Shown piece by piece: positions 1 to 8,380 of a stretch of DNA of 64,000 nucleotides. The notes below the pieces were generated by a model. The model was not told where the DNA came from. It ran no database searches and was given only the letters and a program-made list of their open reading frames with translations. Numbering within the stretch: position 1 is the stretch's first letter; each line of letters begins with the position of its first letter. Source of the DNA: an uncultured Clostridia bacterium (GTDB lineage: Bacteria; Bacillota; Clostridia; Lachnospirales; CAMZNU01); the NCBI GenBank assembly GCA_947313885.1, contig CAMZNU010000020.1:437-64436 (forward strand), given 5' to 3'. Position numbers and translations under genes: made by a program.

Positions 1-771
1 TCAATATTGGGGTGGTCTACATCATAGACAAAACCACAATGAGCACGATAGCAAGGTTTTAGTCCCCTTCAATATTGGGGTGGTCTACATCATATTGGGC
101 AAATCGTCCTACACGTGCATGACGGTTTTAGTCCCCTTCAATATTGGGGTGGTCTACATCGTGGCTACAACGCCACATACCAACCGACGTAATGGTTTTA
201 GTCCCCTTCAATATTGGGGTGGTCTACATCTACACAATGAGGGCAAACGATTTTGCAAAGAGTTTTAGTCCCCTTCAATATTGGGGTGGTCTACATCCGA
301 GTCATGCGCACCGATTTCTCCGATGCACCAGTTTTAGTCCCCTTCAATATTGGGGTGGTCTACATCATTTAATAAATATTGATGCACACGGTGATAAAGT
401 TTTAGTCCCCTTCAATATTGGGGTGGTCTACATCCAGGGCGCCATACTGGGCATGGATGAAACAAGAGTTTTAGTCCCCTTCAATATTGGGGTGGTCTAC
501 ATCACTAGCAACGCAACAGCGACTGAAATTAAAGTTTTAGTCCCCTTCAATATTGGGGTGGTCTACATCAATAACAAACATAGAAACAAAAACGACATAG
601 TTTTAGTCCCCTTCAATATTGGGGTGGTCTACATCAGGAGAATAAGCGAAGCCAACGAAGAGTTGGCGTTTTAGTCCCCTTCAATATTGGGGTGGTCTAC
701 ATCAAACTCAAGGAAGGTTTTGTGTCTAAGTTTACGTTTTAGTCCCCTTCAATATTGGGGTGGTCTACATC
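1..771 (-). CRISPR. CRISPR array. The 36-bp repeat gttttagtccccttcaatattggggtggtctacatc (plus-strand reading) has 11 full copies starting at 56, 125, 195, 262, 331, 399, 468, 534, 600, 668 and 736, plus a truncated copy at 1-23. The array continues beyond the left window edge. The 11 spacers are 30-34 nt.
   Basis: I located every repeat by direct reading and all copies looked identical. Spacers are unique. The minus-strand repeat GATGTAGACCACCCCAATATTGAAGGGGACTAAAAC has a CCCC/GGGG stem and an ACUAAAAC 3' end like Cas13a repeats. Orientation was assigned from that match and from the leader and cas genes lying on the 772+ side. Confidence 0.97.
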
Positions 772-1024
772 CGCTAAGATTTGGTAATTTCATGTTTTTG
801 AAATTTATACTGTCATATGTTGTCTACTTCTGTCTAATTTAATATATTATATCATTTTATTTTGTAATAAGCAAACATTTTATTTTATAATTTACTTTAT
901 ATTCCTGCACTTATGCTAATTACCATTCTTATTATTTCTTTTAATAATATAAGCGTAAAAAATATTAATTTAAATATAACTTTAAAAACTTTTATAATGT
1001 TGTTCCCCTCCTTTATGTTTGTAA
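772..1024 (-). promoter_or_regulatory. CRISPR leader: an AT-rich non-coding stretch between the cas2 stop and the first (leader-proximal) repeat.
   Basis: No ORF is present and the region is very AT-rich. It is directly flanked by the cas2 stop (1025) and the repeat ending at 771. The position is what is expected for a leader if the array is transcribed on the minus strand. Confidence 0.7.
846..874 (-). promoter_or_regulatory. Candidate sigma-A type promoter for the pre-crRNA. On the minus strand it has -35 TTGCTT (869-874), a 17-nt spacer, and an extended -10 TGaTATAAT (846-854).
   Basis: The motifs were read directly. They point toward the array, about 75 nt upstream of the first repeat. 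AT-rich DNA produces such matches by chance, so this is tentative. Confidence 0.45.
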
Positions 1025-1351
1025 TTAAAATTCTAATATTTTTATTCTTTTTAACAAAATATTTTCCGCTATATTATATTTACCTTTTATAATATACATT
1101 TTTTCAAAATTTTTATTTGTTAAAATTAATCCTCTTATCTCTCCTTTTCTTGGAGCTAATTTTTTTAAATTACTTATACTTTTTACGCACTGTTCTTTTT
1201 CGTTAAAGCTACAGCAGTATATTGATTGCTGTAGCTGGTAGTATCCATATTTCATTATTTCTTTTCTGAATTTCCTATTTTGTTTAATATCATTTTTCTT
1301 TTTAGACGGTAAGTCATACATTATCATAACTACATATTTTCTACTACTCAT
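1025..1351 (-). CDS. cas2: CRISPR-associated endoribonuclease Cas2
   Basis: The 108-aa ORF has a Cas2-like N-terminus (YVVMIMYDL). It overlaps the cas1 stop by 8 nt and lies next to the leader and array. Confidence 0.85.
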   Translation of the reverse strand: MSSRKYVVMIMYDLPSKKKNDIKQNRKFRKEIMKYGYYQLQQSIYCCSFNEKEQCVKSISNLKKLAPRKGEIRGLILTNKNFEKMYIIKGKYNIAENILLKRIKILEF

Positions 1352-2240
1352 AACTATTCAACTCGTTTTTTATTTTTGGTATTTCACATTGCTCATCACC
1401 ATTTAGAAAATTTATTATACTATCTACATATAATTCTACACTTCGTTTAAAACTTACTTCATTTCCCCCTACTTCTAACGTTTGGGTTACTGTTAATAAT
1501 AAATGTTTTTTAAAATCGGTATCTAATTTTTTATATTTCTCTAATCCTATACATACCCCATAGTCTACAAGTGGTCTATATACTTCTATTATGTCATCGG
1601 CTAAATTGAATTCATTATACATACTTTTATGGCAAATGCCCAAACTTGGATGTAGTCCTTTTCCCACTACTATTGTACATATATATGACCTTAGTAAACT
1701 ATATCCATAATTTAAACTACTATTTATTAAGTTTTTATCTTTTCTATTAAATCCTTTATTAAACATTTTCTCAAAGTACACTTTTGCACTAATTGCCTCT
1801 AACCCATTTACTTCATTATATGTTTCCTTATTTTCCACATCATTTAAATATTTTTCTAATTTATTTCCTTCATCTCTATTCAAGTACGATAAAAGATTTT
1901 TTTGATGCTCTATTTTCTTCTCTATCATTTGCTTCCATAATTTTATTTTTTTATTTTCACTCCAACTTATTTGTTCTTTTAATCTTTCTGATACTTTAAA
2001 GTTGCCAAATAAATCTAATGTTATTATTTTGGGAATATGTTTATTATCGCAAAATATAACTGGGATGTTTTGCTCACCTAAAAATATCAACGTATAAACT
2101 GACACGCTAGTACTCATACTTTCAAATACTACTACCTCTATGTCTCTATGGTTTATATTAACTTTTTCACCTTCCTTTTTTAATATTAATGTGTCATTTC
2201 TACATTCTACTGACTCACAACTATTTATAAATAATATCAT
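1344..2240 (-). CDS. cas1: CRISPR-associated endonuclease Cas1
   Basis: The 298-aa ORF has Cas1-like blocks (NSSLNYGYSLL, GLHPSLGICH, NLADDIIEVYRPLVD). It is translationally coupled to cas2. An SD sequence AAGGAGA lies upstream of the ATG. Confidence 0.9.
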   Translation of the reverse strand: MILFINSCESVECRNDTLILKKEGEKVNINHRDIEVVVFESMSTSVSVYTLIFLGEQNIPVIFCDNKHIPKIITLDLFGNFKVSERLKEQISWSENKKIKLWKQMIEKKIEHQKNLLSYLNRDEGNKLEKYLNDVENKETYNEVNGLEAISAKVYFEKMFNKGFNRKDKNLINSSLNYGYSLLRSYICTIVVGKGLHPSLGICHKSMYNEFNLADDIIEVYRPLVDYGVCIGLEKYKKLDTDFKKHLLLTVTQTLEVGGNEVSFKRSVELYVDSIINFLNGDEQCEIPKIKNELNSYE

Positions 2241-2290
2241 ATTGTCTCCTTTTTTTAATATATCATTATTTATTGTTGCCTTATTTTTAC

Positions 2291-2334
2291 AAAAAAAACC
2301 ATATATACATATTATGTATACATGGTTTTTTTTT
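2291..2334 (-). terminator. Intrinsic terminator between cas13a and cas1. The hairpin is 2299-2308 / 2316-2325 (9 of 10 bp), flanked by an A8 run and a T9 run.
   Basis: The inverted repeat ccatatatac / gtatacatgg was read directly. On the minus-strand RNA the hairpin is followed by a U-run, and it starts right after the cas13a stop codon (2333-2335). Confidence 0.6.
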
Positions 2335-5300
2335 AAAATTTATGTGTTAATAACTTTTTAATGCGTTTAACATTTTCTTCATCGCCTTTTAAAGCTAAAA
2401 CTGATACTTTTTTATTTTCTATATATCCCCAGTTATCTGACTCTCCTTTTATTATTTCATTCTCTTTTATTACTCCGTCATGTCTTTTTCTTAATACGTC
2501 ATAATTTAAATTTACATCTCTTTTAAATGTTTCAAATACACTGTTTTTTATTGCATTGTTATACTTTGTTCTATATTTCATCGCATCTTCTAGTTCTTTT
2601 ACTCTATCTAATACCGATACATCGAATTCACATTTTAAAATATCTAAATGTGCTATTTTATTTCTTACAGCTCCTATTTCAAATTCATAAATATTAAAAA
2701 AGATATTTACTTTATCTCTTTCTATATTTTTATCTATGCTCTTCAAACCTTTTTGTAGTAATCCACTATTTAATTTAGCTCCTATATCTCGTTCTAGCCT
2801 ACTTGCATTAATAAGCATTTTCCACGTAATATCTGATAAATAATTGTTTATTTTCGTTATCCCTTCAAATTCTACTACCCCTTTTATCCTTTTGTATTCT
2901 CTTATTTCATCATAATCTTTTTTAAATTCTCCATACTCATAATCTTTTACTTTTTCATTTTCACTTCTATTTAACACGTTAGTAAATATTTTTCCATTTT
3001 TATTGATTTTATTTTTTATATTCTCTTTATACTCTTTTGTATGCCCTTTTAATTGTTCATTGAAGATTCTTAATGCTGTATCTACTTTATCTAGTTTTTT
3101 CACTATTTCTTTTTCATACTTTCCATTTTCTTTTTCTGTATTACTTTTTATTTTTTTTATTTCATCATATTCTAGATTTTTAAGCTCTTCTTTTAAAAAC
3201 ACATCATATAATTCTTTAAAATTTTTACTTGATATACTTGTTAATACGTTCTTTCTATATATATATTTTTTATCCTTTATATCGCCTTGCCAATATACGT
3301 CTTTGAATTTACCATTAAAATCATTTTCAAGTTCATTTACAAATTCATTATAAGCTTTTATATTTTTCGGTAATTTATCTTCAGTAAGTTTTCCGATTTC
3401 TTTTGTATCCATATCTCTTCTATGTATTTCAGCTCTTACGCTTATTATTTGATCTAATACATTTACTAAATCACTATACTTATCACTTTTTTTATCATTG
3501 TTAAAACTATTTAGCCATACATCTGTTGCAAAAAGTCTATTTCTTATTTTATTTACAACAGTTGGATTTACTAAAAAACAACTTAAAATTACAACTTCTT
3601 CAAATAAATTTGATATTTTTATAGGAGGGAATTCAACTTTATTTATTACAAAGTCTTCTTCTTTATCATCTTTACACCCTTTTAGATTTTCTAAGTCTGA
3701 AAAATCAAATAAACTTTCTTTATATTTATCAATTTTTATATATTTTATATCAATTTTACCATTTTCATCATTTTCAACTTTAACCACCTTATGTTCTAGA
3801 TAGTTTATATAGTTATCTATTATATCATTCTGGAATTTTTTAATCGCTTTTTTATTTCCTTTTGATGCGTTTTTTTGTGCTTTTTTATACTCATCTTCTA
3901 TATTATAGTCTATGTCCTTTCCGTATTTACTTTTTAACGCCTTCTCTTTATACGATTTTAGTTTTATATAAAAGCCAGTTTTTTCGCACATAGTTTCTTT
4001 TAAATACTTTGTTTTATGAAAATATATGATTCCATTTATTGCTTCTTCCTTTTCTTCTTTAGTTAACTCTTCTGATAATAATAATTCTTTTTTTATTCTA
4101 GGTACTAACCTTGAAAACGATGGGAAATATTTTTGTATGTTATCGCTTTCATATTTTAATTCATTTATCAAATCTATGATTCCTTTTTTACCTGTAAATA
4201 TTCCTATTATATTTAAAGTTTTACAAATATCTTTATCTTTTATTTCTAGCTCTTTTATAGTTTTCTCTATTTTACATTTTATCTTAGGTTTACTTTTAGT
4301 TTCTTCCTTGTATTTCTCATGTTTTTCTAGTCTATTATGAATTATATTACCCCTTACTTCTGCAACATTCCCAAAGAATGATTTTATATTTTCCTCACCT
4401 TGAGTATCAGTAAAATTTAGCAATTTTAATATGTCGAACATTTTACTATTATTAACTTCTTCCTCATCTAGTTTAATTTTTGTATCTTTACCTGCTATAA
4501 AATCCCCTCTTTCATCTTTGTCGCTGTTAATGTTATTTAACTCATAATTTAAGTAAGTAAACAATGCCAAAATTTCATGATCTAGTTCTTCCTCTGCGTG
4601 CAGCTTTTGAAATTCTATTGTATTTATGTCAATCTTTTTATCTTCCATATAACTTACTTTACCAAGGTACAATAAATGTTCTAATATGTGTTGTTGTAAT
4701 TTTATATAGCACTTTTCTTTTACTCTTTGCCCTTGTTTTGTATCTGGGTCTAAGTTTATAAATTTTCTTTGGTTTACCATCTTTCCTATTCTATCGTGTA
4801 TATGTCTATATATTGTACGGTATATTATTTTCTCTTCTGAAGAAAACACCTTACATTCAATCACCCCGTCATAATGTTCTTTATATATTTTATATAGTAC
4901 TGTATTTTCTGTTTCTGTATTTTCTGTTTCTGTTTTTTCTGTTTCTGTTTTTTCTGTTTCTGTTTTTTCTTCTTTACTATCTATGCTTTTTTTTAATTTT
5001 CGTGACAATTTTTTAAGTTGAAATTTTTTATACACTTTATCAAACTCTACTTCTAAGTCGTTCATTACATATGGTCTTTTATCTACTATTATTGCCTTTT
5101 TTTGTAATTCTTTTTCATACTTTTTTTCATTTTTAAGAATATCTAATAATTTATTTTTTTCCTTTTCATTTATCCAGTTGACATATTCAAAACCTTCTTT
5201 GCCATCTAAGTATTCATGTGACTTTTTTATTAGATCTTCTCTGTTCTTTTTTAACATCTTTTTCTTGTCATCATTATTTGGATTTGGATATTTTTCCATT

Positions 5301-6751
5301 ATATAGTCAATCGCATTTTTATTTTGGATACTAATTATCCTTTTAAGCTCCTTATTTATATCTTTCTTAACTTTGTTTTTTGACATGCTTTCTATACATT
5401 CATCTGTAAGTTCTTTATCTTCCTTTACTTCTATTTTTTCATTTTTTATAGCTTTTATTTTTTCATTTATATCATCATCTACCCATAATATCCTTTTATC
5501 AAGCTTTTCTTTTTCTTTTTCTTTTTTATTCAACTCTATTGTCTTTTTCTTAATAATTTTATTTATTTCAACTTCAAAATCCTCATCAGGTTTTATTTCT
5601 TTTTCATTTCTACTTGTTCCAAGTTTTAATAGTTTTTTTATTCCTTCGTTTTTACGTTCTTCCTTGGTTTCTCCATCTTTTTTAACTTTTTCTACTTCTT
5701 CTTTTTTATTTGTTTTATATTTTACATGTCTGTCATGTGTAATATATGTTCTTGTTAAGTTCGTCTCATCAGTATCTTTTTTAGGATTTAGCTTCTTAGG
5801 ATTTAGCTTCATTGTTTTTACGTATTCCCTTTTCACTAATTTAAAAGTTTTTAATTCTTCCACTAAAAAAGATATTATATCTTCATCTGTTATTTCAATA
5901 CCATCTGTAATATACCAATTTATTTTTTCGCACATTAGCTTTTTATTGTCAGAGAATTTTTTTTCTTTTGTAGGGTTTGATAAACCTGTATGAAAGTTTA
6001 AAAATTTTATGATTTCTTCTTTATATTTTGTTTTTTCTAGTTTACATTTAATGCATTCTATTTTATTTTTTATTTCTGTTATTTCTCCTTTATCTTCAAA
6101 TAAATCTATCATATCTTTTTTTAAGTTCTTTATGTAGTTTCTATTTAATTTTTGACATTTTTTTAAAATATTGCCCATCGACTCATATAACTGTTCATTT
6201 AAATTTATCATTATCCCATGTATTTCTTTTTTCAATTCAAATTCATCAGAGTCTAGTATTTTGTAGTATACATGTATTTTCTTCCGTATCTTCTTCTTTT
6301 CTATTTTATTGTATTCCTCTTTATTGCTATGAAATATTATATTTTTTCCTTTTATGTTTTTTATTGTTTTTATTTCTTCTTTTATATTTTTTTCACATTT
6401 TCTTTCTTTAACTGTTTTTAATTCATTTAACTTTTCCGTTATTTCCGCTCTAGTTACTTTTGTGTTGTTTTTTTGCCCTAATACTTCTATTCTCTCTATT
6501 TTTTTTATTTTAAATAAAATATTATTTTTATTAAATTTACCATATTTACCATCTAAGGTTTTACCATTATTCTTTCTGTACTTTTCTATTTCTTTTATAA
6601 AATCTTCATCAGATATAGATGATGTGTCACCTGTCATATCTTTTACTATTTCATAGTTTCCATCTTTCTCGTTCCATTTTCTTGCTAATTTTTTTCCTTT
6701 ATAACTTTCGTTATACCAAATATCATATGTAAACAATTTTTTACTCATCAT
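2333..6751 (-). CDS. cas13a: Type VI-A CRISPR effector Cas13a (C2c2), an RNA-guided RNase. It is 1472 aa; the start may be the second ATG at 6748.
   Basis: There are two HEPN R-x4-H motifs: RGNIIH (R800/H805) and RNKIAH (R1363/H1368). Several blocks match what I remember as conserved in Leptotrichia shahii Cas13a: LEHLLYLGK, LHAEEELD, KYFPSFS, ASKGNKKAIKK, LFDFSD, NKIRNRLFATDVWLN, RLERD and KYNN..SVFETFKRDVNLNYD. I recognised no RuvC or HNH blocks. The gene is adjacent to cas1-cas2 and a Cas13a-type repeat array. Confidence 0.93.
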   Translation of the reverse strand: MMSKKLFTYDIWYNESYKGKKLARKWNEKDGNYEIVKDMTGDTSSISDEDFIKEIEKYRKNNGKTLDGKYGKFNKNNILFKIKKIERIEVLGQKNNTKVTRAEITEKLNELKTVKERKCEKNIKEEIKTIKNIKGKNIIFHSNKEEYNKIEKKKIRKKIHVYYKILDSDEFELKKEIHGIMINLNEQLYESMGNILKKCQKLNRNYIKNLKKDMIDLFEDKGEITEIKNKIECIKCKLEKTKYKEEIIKFLNFHTGLSNPTKEKKFSDNKKLMCEKINWYITDGIEITDEDIISFLVEELKTFKLVKREYVKTMKLNPKKLNPKKDTDETNLTRTYITHDRHVKYKTNKKEEVEKVKKDGETKEERKNEGIKKLLKLGTSRNEKEIKPDEDFEVEINKIIKKKTIELNKKEKEKEKLDKRILWVDDDINEKIKAIKNEKIEVKEDKELTDECIESMSKNKVKKDINKELKRIISIQNKNAIDYIMEKYPNPNNDDKKKMLKKNREDLIKKSHEYLDGKEGFEYVNWINEKEKNKLLDILKNEKKYEKELQKKAIIVDKRPYVMNDLEVEFDKVYKKFQLKKLSRKLKKSIDSKEEKTETEKTETEKTETENTETENTVLYKIYKEHYDGVIECKVFSSEEKIIYRTIYRHIHDRIGKMVNQRKFINLDPDTKQGQRVKEKCYIKLQQHILEHLLYLGKVSYMEDKKIDINTIEFQKLHAEEELDHEILALFTYLNYELNNINSDKDERGDFIAGKDTKIKLDEEEVNNSKMFDILKLLNFTDTQGEENIKSFFGNVAEVRGNIIHNRLEKHEKYKEETKSKPKIKCKIEKTIKELEIKDKDICKTLNIIGIFTGKKGIIDLINELKYESDNIQKYFPSFSRLVPRIKKELLLSEELTKEEKEEAINGIIYFHKTKYLKETMCEKTGFYIKLKSYKEKALKSKYGKDIDYNIEDEYKKAQKNASKGNKKAIKKFQNDIIDNYINYLEHKVVKVENDENGKIDIKYIKIDKYKESLFDFSDLENLKGCKDDKEEDFVINKVEFPPIKISNLFEEVVILSCFLVNPTVVNKIRNRLFATDVWLNSFNNDKKSDKYSDLVNVLDQIISVRAEIHRRDMDTKEIGKLTEDKLPKNIKAYNEFVNELENDFNGKFKDVYWQGDIKDKKYIYRKNVLTSISSKNFKELYDVFLKEELKNLEYDEIKKIKSNTEKENGKYEKEIVKKLDKVDTALRIFNEQLKGHTKEYKENIKNKINKNGKIFTNVLNRSENEKVKDYEYGEFKKDYDEIREYKRIKGVVEFEGITKINNYLSDITWKMLINASRLERDIGAKLNSGLLQKGLKSIDKNIERDKVNIFFNIYEFEIGAVRNKIAHLDILKCEFDVSVLDRVKELEDAMKYRTKYNNAIKNSVFETFKRDVNLNYDVLRKRHDGVIKENEIIKGESDNWGYIENKKVSVLALKGDEENVKRIKKLLTHKF
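2648..2665 (-). other. HEPN-2 catalytic motif R-x4-H (RNKIAH; Arg1363, His1368 of Cas13a)
   Basis: The codons were read directly and are in frame. The motif lies 104 residues from the C-terminus, similar to what I recall for other Cas13a proteins. Confidence 0.85.
4337..4354 (-). other. HEPN-1 catalytic motif R-x4-H (RGNIIH; Arg800, His805 of Cas13a)
   Basis: The codons were read directly on the minus strand. They are in frame with the start at 6751. Confidence 0.8.
4901..4975 (-). repeat. In-frame 15-bp tandem repeat inside cas13a, with 4 near-perfect copies plus 1 degenerate copy. It encodes (K/N)TETE repeats.
   Basis: The units tgtattttctgtttc / tgttttttctgtttc were read directly. The protein track shows EEKTETEKTETEKTETENTETEN. 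Confidence 0.9.
5781..5810 (-). repeat. In-frame 15-bp tandem duplication inside cas13a, encoding KLNPK-KLNPK.
   Basis: The unit ttaggatttagcttc occurs twice, read directly. The protein track shows MKLNPKKLNPKK. Confidence 0.85.
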
Positions 6752-7129
6752 TACCCCCTTATAAACAATATTGTTATTTACATGTTATCATCTTTCATCT
6801 TGTCATTCTATTTATTTTTACATTTTTCTACAATTTAGTACAAATTTTTATATCGAACATATGTTATTGTCTTTTATTATATAATCTACAAAACTTTTTG
6901 TTGATTTTTAATAACTTTTATTATATTATAGTAAAGATGATTTTTAGGAGGTGGATACCATGGGTGCATATAAATTTTATTTTTTAAATACTAATACACG
7001 TTTAAAAAGTTTTTTTATTTCAAAAAAGCTATCTTTGTTATTCATTTCTATTTATTCTATTTTTAAAAATAAGGCAACTAATTTTATTAGTCGTCTTATT
7101 TTTTTGTCTATTAGGAGGTTTATAATTTT

Positions 7130-8377
7130 ATGGAAAATTCAAAAAGTGGTAACGTTGATTTAGATTTCTCATTTAGCGAGGTTGATAAAAGTAACAAAAA
7201 AGGTTTTATTACTATGTTTCTTATTATGCTAGGTTTCACTCTATTCTCTGGTAGCATGTTAACAGGTGCTACTCTTGGTAATGGTCTTAACTCTAGAAAT
7301 TTAATTTTAGCTATCGCTATTGGTAATGGGATATTAGCTATTTATTCTGCTCTTCTAGCTTACATAGGTGCTAAAACTTCTCTATCAACTCACCTTTTAT
7401 CAAAATATTCTTTTGGTGAGACTGGTTCTAAGTTTGGTTCTTTACTTCTTACTATCGCACAAATAGGTTGGTTTGGAGTTGGAGTATCTATGTTTTCAAT
7501 TCCTGTTAGCGAATTACTTAACATCAACGTATACATAGTAGCTTATATATCTGGTGCGTTAATGACTTATACCGCTTTTCACGGAATTAAAGCTGTTGCT
7601 ATTCTTAGTTCTGTTGCTGTTCCTTCTATATTAATACTAGGTGGTCTATCTATTATTAAAGCTACTAACGATATAGGCGGGATTAGTGGGCTTATTGAAA
7701 TAGAACCTACTCAAAGTCTTACTTTAGCTACAGCTATTTCTTTATGTGTAGGCTCTTTTATTAGCGGTGGTACATTAACGGCTGATTTTGTTAGGTTTGC
7801 TAAATCTACTAAGTCTGCAATTATAACTACAGTTATTGCTTTTTTCTTTGGTAATTCTATTATGTTTATTTTTGGTGCTATCGGTGGAATGGTTTATGGT
7901 ACTCCTGATGTATCTGATGTTTTAGCTACTCAAGGTTTCCTTTTAATTGGTGTTATAGTCCTTGGGTTTAACGTGTGGACTACTAATGATAACGGTCTAT
8001 ACTCATCTAGCCTTGCATTATCTTCTGTTATAAACATTAAAAAGAAAAAAACCGTTATTATAAACGGAATATTAGGTACTGTGTTTGCAATTTTTATAAA
8101 TAATAATTTTATAGGGTTTCTTTCTATATTAAGTACTACTCTTCCTGGTATCGGTAGTATTATTATCGCTGATTACTACATAGTAAAAAAAAGAAATTAT
8201 TCAACTTTTGAAAATGCTAACTTAGAAAAAATTAATTATATCGCCTTAGCATCTTGGTTAATCGGTTTTGTATTATCTAATTTATTACCTGGAATACCTC
8301 CTCTAAACGGTATTATTGTTACTATAGTAATTTATACCGTTACTATGAAATTTAAATTAAACATTTCGAAAGGATAA
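7130..8377 (+). CDS. codB: Cytosine permease (NCS1 family)
   Basis: This is a 415-aa polytopic membrane protein. An SD sequence AGGAGG lies 11 nt upstream. It sits 3 nt upstream of a cytosine deaminase gene, the classic codBA arrangement. Confidence 0.75.
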   Translation: MENSKSGNVDLDFSFSEVDKSNKKGFITMFLIMLGFTLFSGSMLTGATLGNGLNSRNLILAIAIGNGILAIYSALLAYIGAKTSLSTHLLSKYSFGETGSKFGSLLLTIAQIGWFGVGVSMFSIPVSELLNINVYIVAYISGALMTYTAFHGIKAVAILSSVAVPSILILGGLSIIKATNDIGGISGLIEIEPTQSLTLATAISLCVGSFISGGTLTADFVRFAKSTKSAIITTVIAFFFGNSIMFIFGAIGGMVYGTPDVSDVLATQGFLLIGVIVLGFNVWTTNDNGLYSSSLALSSVINIKKKKTVIINGILGTVFAIFINNNFIGFLSILSTTLPGIGSIIIADYYIVKKRNYSTFENANLEKINYIALASWLIGFVLSNLLPGIPPLNGIIVTIVIYTVTMKFKLNISKG

Positions 8378-8380
8378 TTT

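Noticed and set aside
80-674. Plus-strand ORFs 80-268 and 144-674 with a recurring peptide VLVPFNIGVVYI.
   Set aside because: They are translations of the CRISPR repeats. The periodic peptide is the repeat itself, so this is not a gene.
1003-1012. A strong SD-like GGAGGGGAAC on the minus strand, 13 nt after the cas2 stop, followed by a possible ATT-initiated 33-codon hydrophobic ORF in the leader.
   Set aside because: There is no ATG, GTG or TTG at a suitable distance. An ATT start is too rare to call, and the region is better explained as CRISPR leader.
3003-6656. Seven plus-strand ORFs (65-206 aa) inside cas13a that are rich in F, S, L and I.
   Set aside because: They are antisense shadow ORFs. 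The K/E/N-rich AAA/GAA/AAT codons of cas13a read as TTT/TTC/ATT on the other strand. They have no SD sequences and are low-complexity.
2333-6751. The possibility that the large effector is a Cas9- or Cas12-type DNA nuclease.
   Set aside because: I could find no RuvC or HNH catalytic blocks. No anti-repeat (ggactaaaac or gttttagtcc) outside the array suggests a tracrRNA. Two HEPN R-x4-H motifs and a Cas13a-type repeat fit type VI instead.
6951-7163. A 70-codon plus-strand ORF with a good AGGAGG SD sequence (ATG at 6960) that runs through the codB SD and start.
   Set aside because: It is low-complexity and hydrophobic/basic, as expected from AT-rich non-coding DNA, and it overlaps the codB start in another frame. 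It is possibly a leader peptide, but nothing supports that. I also looked for a PyrR or other riboswitch-like element here and saw none.
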